From Elusimicrobiota bacterium (GTDB lineage: Bacteria; Elusimicrobiota; Elusimicrobia; UBA1565; UBA9628), in assembly GCA_027451985.1 (NCBI GenBank), contig DAIDHS010000008.1, forward strand, positions 10,840 through 74,839: a stretch of DNA of 64,000 nt, written 5' to 3'. A program made the position numbers and the translations under genes. The notes below the pieces were generated by a model. It had not been told where the DNA came from, made no database searches, and saw only the letters and a list, made by a program, of their open reading frames with translations. Below are positions 56,726 through 64,000 of the stretch, piece after piece (position 1 is the stretch's first letter; each line of letters starts with the position of its first letter).

Positions 56726-59665
56726 GTGACCTTCCGGCAAAAGCTCGTCGCCGCGCTCGTCGCTTTGGCCGTGGCCTTGGCGGTCGTCCGGGTTGCGGGC
56801 CGCCCGCGCGTAAAATCAAGGGCGATTGTCCCGCCTCCTCCTCCGGTTTTTGCCAGGCAGGCGCTGCCCACGGGCATGACCATCACGCCCTTGGCCGCGC
56901 CGGGATCGTACTTTATTCCTTTGAACCCGCGCCTGCCCGGCCTGCCGGACTACATCGCGGGCCAGCCGGTCACGCTGGCGAAAAGCCCGGACGGCAAGAC
57001 GCTTCTGGTGCTGACCAGCGGCTACAACCGGGTCAACGCGCCCTCGGGCCGGACCATCCCGGGCTATTCCGAGGAATACGTCTTCGTCTTCGATCTCTCC
57101 GGCGGTGCCGCGCGCTTTAAGCAGGCGCTTAAGGTTCCCAACACCTTCGACGGCCTCGCCTGGAGCCCGGACGGGCGGGAATTCTACGCTTCGGGCGGCG
57201 ACGATGACGACGTCCACGTCTTCGCCGAAAAAGACGGCCGCTGGGCCGAGGACGGCGCGCCCATCGCTTTGGGCCACAAGAAGGGGCTGGGCATCGACGT
57301 CGAGCCGGAGGCCGCGGGCCTGGCCGTCACGCCCGACGGCCGGCGTTTGGTCGTGGCCAATTTCGAGAACGATTCCGTCAGCGTGGTCGATGTGCGGTCG
57401 CGCCGCAAGGTCGCGGAACTGGACTTGCGGCCTGGGAAAACCAATCCGCGCTTGAAGGGCGTTCCGGGCGGCGAGTTTCCTTTCTGGGTGGCGCTGCGCG
57501 GAAACGACGCGGCCTACGTATCTTGCCCGCGGGACCGGCAAATCGTGGCGGTCAATCTTGCCGGGGCGCCCAAGGTGATGCGGCGCATCGCCGTGCCCGG
57601 CGAGCCCAATAAGATGATCTTCAACCGCGCGCGAACGCTGCTCTTCGCGGCCCTGGGCACGGACGACGCCGTGGCGGTCATTGACGCCCGCACGAACCGT
57701 TTGGCGGGCGTGCTCGGCACCACCGCGCCGCCCGCGATTTTCTCCAACCGGCGGGATTTAAAGGGCAGCAACCCCAACGGTCTGGCGCTCTCCCAAGTCG
57801 AGAAGACGCTCTACGTCTCCAACGGCGGCGCGAACTCCGTGGCGGTCATCAAACTCGCGCGGAGCCGCGGCCGGGTGACGGGCCGAGTCTCGGGCCTCAT
57901 CCCCACGGCGTGGTACCCCAGCGCGGTGAGCCTGTCCCCGGACGGCCAAACCCTCTATGTCGCCAACACGCACAGCGTGCCGGGCCCCAACGTCGGCGGC
58001 TGCCGGGACACGCTCTCGACCCTGCGCGGCTCCTTGGACGCCTGCCGCGGGCAAAATCAGTTCATCCTCCAGCTCTCCAAGGGGGGCTTCGAGGCCGTGC
58101 CCGTGCCGTCCGCGGGCGAGTTGGCCGTCTTGACCCGGCAGGTCGCGGACAACGACCACTACGGGCCCGACCCCAAGCGCGCGGCGGACGCGGCGATGAT
58201 GGCGTTCCTGCACCGGCGCATCACGCACGTCATCTACATTATTAAGGAGAACCGCACCTACGATCAGATTCTGGGCGACTTGCCGGAAGGCAACGGCGAC
58301 CCGCGCTTGGCGGTGTTCCCGCAGCCGCTCACGCCCAACCAGCACCTGCTTGCCTCGAAGTTCGTGGACCTGGATAATTTTGACGACAGCGGCGAGGTGA
58401 GCGGCAACGGCTGGAACTGGTCGACCGCGGCGCGCGCCACGCAGATGGTGGAGGCCACCATCCCGGTCTACTACGCCGGGCGGGGCTTGAGCTACGATTA
58501 CGAGGGGGACAACCGCAACGTCAACGTGGGTTTCGCCACGCTCGCCCTGCGCCGCGCGGCCAATCCCGACACCCCCGACGACCCGGATTTGCTGCCCGGC
58601 ACCGCGGACGTGGACGCCCCCGACGGACCGGACGACGACGCGGGCATGGGCTACCTGTGGGACGCGGCCATGCGCGCGAAGCTGAGCGTGCGCAACTACG
58701 GATTTTTCCTGGATCTCTCGCGCTACTACGACAAGCCCGGCACGCCCGGCTACCTGCCGCCCTTGACCAATCCCTACGCCGCGCACGTGCGCGTGGCCTA
58801 CCCGACGCGGCCCGAGCTCATGGCCGTGACCGATCCGTATTTCCGGGGCTTCGATCTCAAGTTCCCGGACTACTGGCGCTTCAAGGAATGGGACCGGGAG
58901 TTCCGCCATTATGAAGCCGAAGGCCGGCTGCCGAATTTGGAGATGGTGCGCTTCATGCGCGATCACACGGGCGCTTTCGGCCAGGCCATCGACCACGCGG
59001 GGACGCTCGAGGACGAAGTCTCCGATAACGACTACGCCGTCGGACTTCTGGTGCAGGCGGTGGCGAACAGCCCCTTTCGGAACAATACGCTCATCTGCAT
59101 CGTTGAGGACGACGCGCAAAACGGCCCGGATCACGTCGACGCCCACCGCAGCACGGCCTTCTTCGCGGGCGCTTACGTCAGGCAGGGCGCCGTGGTCTCC
59201 ACGCACTACACCACGGTCAATCTGCTGCGCACCATCGAGGGCGTGCTGGGCTTAAAGCCCCTGGGCATCAACGACGACGTGGAAGCGCCGATGGCGGACG
59301 TCTTCTCCAAAACACTCAAGCCCTGGAGCTTTGCGGCGCTGGTGCCTCAAGTCCTGCGCACGACGGATTTGCCCCTGCCGCCCGCGACGCCGGCGGAAAA
59401 AGCCGCGGCCGCGACGCCCGAAGGCCGTCTTTACGCTAAGTCCCGGCGTTCCGCGGCGTACTGGGCGGCCAAGACCAAGGGCTTTGATTTCAACGTCGAG
59501 GACCACATCGATTCGGCGCTCTTTAACCGCATCGTCTGGCGCGGGATGATGGGCCGGAGCGATCCCTACCCTGCGGCGCGCGGCGGCCGCGACCTGCGCG
59601 CCAACCGGCGGGAACTCTTAAAGCGCTATTGGGCGCGGGTGCTGAGCGAGAGCCCCAAAAGCTGA
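56726..59665 (+). CDS. Exported bifunctional-architecture protein: YncE/YVTN-type beta-propeller N-domain plus a phosphoesterase-family domain (phospholipase C / acid phosphatase AcpA type, PF04185-like)
   Basis: N-terminal signal/anchor MTFRQKLVAALVALAVALAVV. Propeller repeats with LAVTPDGRRLVVAN and VSLSPDGQTLYVAN. ITHVIYIIKENRTYDQILGDL and CIVEDDAQNGPDHVDAHRSTAFFAGAYV are the phosphoesterase-family motifs. Confidence 0.7.
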   Translation: MTFRQKLVAALVALAVALAVVRVAGRPRVKSRAIVPPPPPVFARQALPTGMTITPLAAPGSYFIPLNPRLPGLPDYIAGQPVTLAKSPDGKTLLVLTSGYNRVNAPSGRTIPGYSEEYVFVFDLSGGAARFKQALKVPNTFDGLAWSPDGREFYASGGDDDDVHVFAEKDGRWAEDGAPIALGHKKGLGIDVEPEAAGLAVTPDGRRLVVANFENDSVSVVDVRSRRKVAELDLRPGKTNPRLKGVPGGEFPFWVALRGNDAAYVSCPRDRQIVAVNLAGAPKVMRRIAVPGEPNKMIFNRARTLLFAALGTDDAVAVIDARTNRLAGVLGTTAPPAIFSNRRDLKGSNPNGLALSQVEKTLYVSNGGANSVAVIKLARSRGRVTGRVSGLIPTAWYPSAVSLSPDGQTLYVANTHSVPGPNVGGCRDTLSTLRGSLDACRGQNQFILQLSKGGFEAVPVPSAGELAVLTRQVADNDHYGPDPKRAADAAMMAFLHRRITHVIYIIKENRTYDQILGDLPEGNGDPRLAVFPQPLTPNQHLLASKFVDLDNFDDSGEVSGNGWNWSTAARATQMVEATIPVYYAGRGLSYDYEGDNRNVNVGFATLALRRAANPDTPDDPDLLPGTADVDAPDGPDDDAGMGYLWDAAMRAKLSVRNYGFFLDLSRYYDKPGTPGYLPPLTNPYAAHVRVAYPTRPELMAVTDPYFRGFDLKFPDYWRFKEWDREFRHYEAEGRLPNLEMVRFMRDHTGAFGQAIDHAGTLEDEVSDNDYAVGLLVQAVANSPFRNNTLICIVEDDAQNGPDHVDAHRSTAFFAGAYVRQGAVVSTHYTTVNLLRTIEGVLGLKPLGINDDVEAPMADVFSKTLKPWSFAALVPQVLRTTDLPLPPATPAEKAAAATPEGRLYAKSRRSAAYWAAKTKGFDFNVEDHIDSALFNRIVWRGMMGRSDPYPAARGGRDLRANRRELLKRYWARVLSESPKS

Positions 59666-59674
59666 GGAGGCCGC

Positions 59675-60283
59675 ATGATTCGTCTAGCCGAAGGCGTTTA
59701 TTCCTGGGGCGCGTTCAACGATGAGAAGGGCATGAATTTCAACGGGCACCTGGTCGTCCGCGGCCAAGAGACGCTGGTCGTCGACCCGCCGCCTCACACG
59801 CAGAATGAGGAGAAGTTTTTGGAGCGCGCGCTCAAGGCGCGGCCGACGCTGGTCGTCGCCACCAACAAGCACCACCTGCGCGACGCGCGCTGGTGGATGG
59901 AGCGCTACGGCGCTCCGCTGGCGATGCATGAGTCCGAGGAGAACGATTTCGGCTTTTCTCCAGCGCGGCGCATCAAGGACGGCGACGAGATCGCGGCCGG
60001 CTGCCGCGTGGTGCACCTGCCGGGCAAGACGCCGGGCGAGTTCGGGCTTTATATAAAGGCAAGCGGGGGGACGCTGATTGTGGGCGACGCGCTCATCGGC
60101 CATCCAGCCGGCGCGCTCAAGATTCCGCCCGACGACAAGCTGCAAAGCCGCGCGGAACTCGTGGGCTCCCTGCAAAAGCTGCGCGAGCTTTCCTTTGAGC
60201 GTCTGCTCGTGGGCGACGGCGAGCCCCTTTTGTCCGGCGCGAAAGCGGCCGTGCTCGCCTTTTTAGACGGGCTCAAGGCCTAG
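59675..60283 (+). CDS. MBL-fold metallo-hydrolase
   Basis: 202 aa. His/Asp-rich metal-binding arrangement TNKHHLRDARWW...HLPGKTPGEF consistent with the metallo-beta-lactamase fold. Motif recognition is moderate. Confidence 0.6.
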   Translation: MIRLAEGVYSWGAFNDEKGMNFNGHLVVRGQETLVVDPPPHTQNEEKFLERALKARPTLVVATNKHHLRDARWWMERYGAPLAMHESEENDFGFSPARRIKDGDEIAAGCRVVHLPGKTPGEFGLYIKASGGTLIVGDALIGHPAGALKIPPDDKLQSRAELVGSLQKLRELSFERLLVGDGEPLLSGAKAAVLAFLDGLKA

Positions 60284-60296
60284 GCGTCCCCTCCGT

Positions 60297-61166
60297 TCAG
60301 GCGGCTTTGGCGCCCGCCACGGCCGCGACGGTCTCGGCGAGTTCTGTCTTGCCGCGCACCATCCGGTCGCCCTTGGGCTTGATGATTCCTTTTTGGAAGC
60401 CTGCGTACATCTCGTCGAAGACCTTGGCGAGGTGCTCGGGCAGCCCGCCCTGCATCATGGCCTGCACGCGGCCGGCCGCGGGGACCTCGACGATCTTGAG
60501 CTCCTTGCCGAGCGCTTTGCCCAGGAGCTCAGCGGCTTGGCGGTTTGAGTAGCTCGGGCCTTCCAAGTCCACAATCTCGCTCTTGGCGGGCTTACTCATG
60601 AGGGAGGCGGCGGCCAGAGCCCCGATGTCCTTGGTCGCGATCATGGGAAAGGCGTAGTCGGCCGAGCCCGTCATGTTGGGGAAGATGCCGGCTTGGCGCG
60701 CCGGGGCCAGGGAATTGGCCACGTTTTCCTGGAAGTAGCAGGCGCGGATGGCGGTCAGGGTCGCTCCGGTTTGGCGCAGGACGTTTTCAAGATAGTGCAG
60801 GCCCTTGATGGGACCGGTGCCCGCGGGCAAGTCCGCGCCCACGGAGGAGAGCATCACCACGTGCGGCACGCCCGAGGTTTTGACCGCTGTCGCGATTGAG
60901 TCCGCGGTCTTTCTCTGCGCGGCGTAGAGATCGAGCGCGGTGTAATGCGGAGGAATCATGGCGAAAAAGCCCGCGGCGCCTTTCAGGGCGCCGGTCAAAA
61001 ACGCGGCATCGTCCAAGCTGCCCACGGCCGTCTGCGCGCCGTGCTTGGCCCACGCCTCGGCCTTGGCCGCGTCCCGCACGATGACCTTGACCGCCTGCTT
61101 TTTGGCTAAAAGTTCCTTGGCCGCGGCCGACCCGACGTGTCCCGTCGCTCCCGAGATGACAAACAT
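60297..61166 (-). CDS. NmrA-family NAD(P)-binding protein (atypical SDR)
   Basis: MFVISGATGHVGSAAAKELL Rossmann GxxGxxG with an NmrA-like layout. AGGAGG RBS 7 nt upstream of ATG 61166. Confidence 0.7.
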   Translation of the reverse strand: MFVISGATGHVGSAAAKELLAKKQAVKVIVRDAAKAEAWAKHGAQTAVGSLDDAAFLTGALKGAAGFFAMIPPHYTALDLYAAQRKTADSIATAVKTSGVPHVVMLSSVGADLPAGTGPIKGLHYLENVLRQTGATLTAIRACYFQENVANSLAPARQAGIFPNMTGSADYAFPMIATKDIGALAAASLMSKPAKSEIVDLEGPSYSNRQAAELLGKALGKELKIVEVPAAGRVQAMMQGGLPEHLAKVFDEMYAGFQKGIIKPKGDRMVRGKTELAETVAAVAGAKAA

Positions 61167-61206
61167 GGCGTGATCCTCCTGGAAAATAAAATACCCTGCG
61201 GATTTA

Positions 61207-61680
61207 TTATGCAAAACCTTCGCCCGCGGGATGAAGCCCGGTCCGCCGCAAGCCTTCGTAGAGCGCCACGGCCGCGGCGGTGGAGAGGTTCAAGGAGCGC
61301 ACGCCTGGGCCGATGGGAATTCGGTAGAGCCTGTCCGCGAAGCGCCGCAAGACTTCCTTGGGCAGGCCCGTGGACTCGCGGCCGAAGACGAGGTAGCTCT
61401 CGGGTTCATAGGGCGCGTCCCAAAACGGCGCCGTGGCCCTGGCCGAGAAAAACAGCAGCGAGGCGTGGCGCGGCAGGGAGTCCAGAAACGCCTCGAAACT
61501 TTCGTGCCGAACCAGCTTCAGCTTCGGCCAATAGTCCAGGCCCGCGCGGCGCACTTCCGCGGCGTCCAAGCTAAAGCCCAGCTTCCCGACCAAGTGCAGC
61601 GTCGTCTCGGTCGCGACGCAGGTGCGCCCGATGTTGCCGGTGTTCCAGTGGATTTCGGGCTCGACCAGGACGATGTGCAC
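61207..61680 (-). CDS. trmL: tRNA (cytidine(34)/5-carboxymethylaminomethyluridine(34)-2'-O)-methyltransferase TrmL (SpoU-class SPOUT methyltransferase)
   Basis: MHIVLVEPEIHWNTGNIGRTCVATETTLHLV and LVFGRESTGLP...RIPIGPGVRSLNLSTAAAVALYE are TrmL/SpoU motifs. 157 aa. Confidence 0.8.
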   Translation of the reverse strand: MHIVLVEPEIHWNTGNIGRTCVATETTLHLVGKLGFSLDAAEVRRAGLDYWPKLKLVRHESFEAFLDSLPRHASLLFFSARATAPFWDAPYEPESYLVFGRESTGLPKEVLRRFADRLYRIPIGPGVRSLNLSTAAAVALYEGLRRTGLHPAGEGFA

Positions 61681-61738
61681 GGCTCATTCTACAAGAACGC
61701 GGACCCGTCGCGCGGCCGCACTTTGATACAATCGGGTC

Positions 61739-62119
61739 ATGTCCGAGGATTATTACCGCAGCGTGCTGGACAGCCTGAGCGGCGGGTTCATGGGCATCGA
61801 CGCCCAGGGCCGCGTCGCCTACGGCAACGCCACCGCCGGGCGCATCCTGCACATCCCCATCGGCGCCATCCTGGGCAAGCCCTACCTCCGGGCGCTCGAG
61901 CCCTATCCCGAGCTCTGCGACATCGTGAAGGAAGCCCTTGAAACCGGCCGCATCGTGCGGCGCGGCGAGGTCTCGGTCATGCACGGCGACGCGCGCATGA
62001 CCATCGGCTACAGCACCCTGCAGGTGCGCGGTCCCGGCGGCGAGAACCTGGGCGTGGGCATCATCTTCCAGGATTTGTCCATGGTTTTGGCGCGCAAGGC
62101 CGCTAAAGCCGCGGAATGA
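61739..62119 (+). CDS. Stand-alone PAS-domain protein
   Basis: SGGFMGIDAQGRVAYGNATAGRIL has PAS-fold patterning. 126 aa. Its stop overlaps the next gene's start as ATGA. Confidence 0.55.
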   Translation: MSEDYYRSVLDSLSGGFMGIDAQGRVAYGNATAGRILHIPIGAILGKPYLRALEPYPELCDIVKEALETGRIVRRGEVSVMHGDARMTIGYSTLQVRGPGGENLGVGIIFQDLSMVLARKAAKAAE

Positions 62120-62589
62120 CGGTCCTCTCCGTCTTCCCCGCGTTGAGCGGCCCCTTTCCCAACGGCTGGGCCCATTATCTGGCCGGCGGCGTTTTGATCG
62201 GCGCGGGCGTTTCCTTGATTTACGTCGCCACCGGGACGGCCGCGGGGACCAGCTCCTTTTTCAGCGCGCAGTGGTCCTGGTTTTCCCGGCTCTCCTTTTT
62301 CGGCCATGCGCGCTGGCGCCAGGAGCGCTTCTGGCGGCTGGCCTACGCGCTGGGACTTATCGCCGGGGCCTTTTTCTGGCGGATGGGGACGGGCGTGAGG
62401 TTGACGACCGCCGTCGCTCCCTGGCGGCTGTTGGTCGGGGGGCTTTTGGCGGGCTTTGGCACCAGGCTTTCGGGCGGCTGCACCGCCGGGCACGGCATCT
62501 GCGGCATCGCGTCTTTGAAGCGCGAGTCCTTCGTCGCGGTGCCGGTTTTCTTGCTGACCGCCATCGTCATCGCCCACCTGCTGCCATGA
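62116..62589 (+). CDS. YeeE/YedE-family membrane protein (half-transporter, sulfur-compound transport family)
   Basis: GTRLSGGCTAGHGICGIA is the conserved Cys motif of the YeeE/YedE (DUF395) family. About 4 transmembrane segments. Confidence 0.7.
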   Translation: MTVLSVFPALSGPFPNGWAHYLAGGVLIGAGVSLIYVATGTAAGTSSFFSAQWSWFSRLSFFGHARWRQERFWRLAYALGLIAGAFFWRMGTGVRLTTAVAPWRLLVGGLLAGFGTRLSGGCTAGHGICGIASLKRESFVAVPVFLLTAIVIAHLLP

Positions 62590-63047
62590 GCTTGACGCCA
62601 AAAAACCGAGACGTGGAGACCTCCTTTTGGCCGCGCGCTCTCTGCGCCTTGGCCGGAGGGATTCTCTTCGGCCTAGGCCTGGCCGTTTCGCGCATGGTGC
62701 GCCCAGAAATCGTGCTGGAGTTCCTGAGGCTGCGCGACATGGGCCTCTTGCTGGTTCTGGGCGGAGCGACCGGCACCTGCCTGCTGGTTTTTCAATTAGC
62801 GCCGCGCGCGCTCAAAAAGCCTCTTCTGGGCGGGATTTTCGAGCGCCATCCCGGCCATCTGGACAAGCGCACGATCGTGGGCGCCGCGATTTTCGGCGCG
62901 GGCTGGGGGCTTTGCGGCGTGTGCCCCGGGCCGGCCATCGCGGGTTTGGGCGCGGGGCTATGGCCCCTGGCGTGGGCCGTGTTGGGCCTTTTAGCGGGCG
63001 CATGGCTTCACGGCTTCTACGCTTCGCGTTCGGACCGGTTTTCTTAA
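62586..63047 (+). CDS. YeeE/YedE-family membrane protein (second half). Start overlaps the upstream stop as ATGA.
   Basis: GAGWGLCGVCPGPAIAGLG is the second conserved Cys motif. About 4 transmembrane segments. ATG 62586 inside the track ORF 62271..63047. Confidence 0.7.
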   Translation: MSLTPKNRDVETSFWPRALCALAGGILFGLGLAVSRMVRPEIVLEFLRLRDMGLLLVLGGATGTCLLVFQLAPRALKKPLLGGIFERHPGHLDKRTIVGAAIFGAGWGLCGVCPGPAIAGLGAGLWPLAWAVLGLLAGAWLHGFYASRSDRFS

Positions 63048-63054
63048 GCGCCGC

Positions 63055-63897
63055 CTAGTCCCAAAGCGCGCGGCGGGCGGCGGGGGCCAAGGCGAAGAGC
63101 GGACGGCGGCGCGCGGGAACTTTGGCCAGGTCCTTGCGCGCGATGACCAGGCCGGGATGGACGTCCGCGAGGTTGGGGTCGCGAAACCACGCGCGGGTGA
63201 AGACCAGCATCAGGATGGGCCGCGGCTCGCGCGAGAAATTGGGCAGGCCGCAGTGAAAGAGGCGGTAGTCGAACAAGAAGCAGTCGCCCAGCGGGCCGGT
63301 CACGGCCTGGGCCTTGAACTGCCGCTTCAAGCGCGCTTCGTTGGGGACCTTGGCGCGCAGGGCCGCGCGGTGCGAGCCGGGGTAGAGCGCCGTCGGACCG
63401 TTCTCTTCGCTAATGTCGCAGAGCGGCACGCACAGGGTGACGGCGTAAGGCGGCAGGCGGGATAAATCGCCCGCGAAGCCCCGCGCGCGGCGGCCGAGGA
63501 CGCGGTCAAAACGCAGCGGGCCGTCGGCGTGCAGGTGCTGCTCGTAGGCGCCCGGCAGCGCGATGACGGCCTCCAAGCTGCCGATGCGAAAATCCGCGCC
63601 CAAGAGCGCCCCCAGGACGGCCAGGAGCCTCGGCTGGGCGTAGAGCCGCTCGTCCAAAAAAGGCCCGGAAAAGGGCAGCACGGCGGTGTAGCGTCCGGCG
63701 ATGTCCCGCACCAGGCCGCGGCGGCGCAGCTCGCCCGAACGGTGGCGGCGCAGGACCTCGGCGCGCAAGGCGCTTAGCAGCGCGGGGGGGAACAGGCGCG
63801 CCAAGGCCACGGCGCCGTCTTTGTCCATGGCCGACTGGACGCGGCTTAGCAGGCGCGGCGACGGGCGGCGCGGCAAATCGACGGCGGCGATGCTCAT
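63055..63897 (-). CDS. Phytanoyl-CoA dioxygenase (PhyH)-family Fe(II)/2-oxoglutarate-dependent oxygenase
   Basis: HADGP (HxD) and a distal H in LFHCGLPN, with a PhyH-like layout. 280 aa. Recognition is moderate. Confidence 0.55.
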   Translation of the reverse strand: MSIAAVDLPRRPSPRLLSRVQSAMDKDGAVALARLFPPALLSALRAEVLRRHRSGELRRRGLVRDIAGRYTAVLPFSGPFLDERLYAQPRLLAVLGALLGADFRIGSLEAVIALPGAYEQHLHADGPLRFDRVLGRRARGFAGDLSRLPPYAVTLCVPLCDISEENGPTALYPGSHRAALRAKVPNEARLKRQFKAQAVTGPLGDCFLFDYRLFHCGLPNFSREPRPILMLVFTRAWFRDPNLADVHPGLVIARKDLAKVPARRRPLFALAPAARRALWD

Positions 63898-64000
63898 GCG
63901 GCCATCATATCAGATTCGCTCGGTTCGGCGTTTAATTTGGCATAATGTGCGCATGAATACCCCCAAAAGAACCAAGATCATGTCTCGCTACAAAAACGTG

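Noticed and set aside
63953-64000. Partial ORF MNTPKRTKIMSRYKNV... running off the window end, 8 nt after a CATAAT box
   Set aside because: Only 16 codons are visible. It could be a leaderless small basic protein gene, but the family cannot be assigned from this fragment.

Overview
This 64 kb window is high-GC (~67%), densely coding (about 54 protein genes on both strands, many with 4-nt start/stop overlaps), and comes from a diderm bacterium. The diderm call rests on lipoboxes, Sec signal peptides and a giant outer-membrane protein ending in ...TFQF. I found no rRNA, tRNA, CRISPR array, transposase or integrase. Genes in order: (1) A UDP-sugar cluster on the minus strand (ugd, uxs, GT2, fprA) with a divergent nucleotide-sugar dehydrogenase, a PAS histidine kinase and a P-type ATPase. 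(2) comF downstream of a ~1970-aa outer-membrane beta-barrel protein, possibly SprA-like. (3) tal-pgi-glk. (4) An operon of a metallophosphoesterase, an unusual transporter fusion (signal peptide, MFS, thymidylate-kinase-like domain, APH/DUF2252-like kinase domain) and a paralogous MFS. (5) Two divergent, mirrored ArsR-SRPBCC operons separated by a perfect 30-bp palindrome. (6) MarR followed by small Cys-rich exported proteins. (7) A tightly coupled operon of ICMT-family methyltransferase, a secreted Cys/His/Asp protein, MazG, an aldo-keto reductase, a CPBP protease and an M13 peptidase. (8) Glycan-related hydrolases. (9) A NadD-like nucleotidyltransferase fused to a CDP-alcohol phosphotransferase. 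(10) An envelope and signalling locus with LPP20/FlgP-like lipoproteins, response regulators and a frameshifted REC-GGDEF gene. (11) An exported glycogen-synthase-like GT5 with a C-terminal extension, next to a beta-propeller/PLC-type phosphoesterase. Product calls rest on motifs I recognised by eye in the supplied translations (named in each evidence field). No database search was run, and family names are recognition-based hypotheses. Track-derived coordinates are reliable to the codon. Small DNA motifs are given to about +/-2 nt, because my hand indexing disagreed with the ORF track by 1 nt at one place near 29040.
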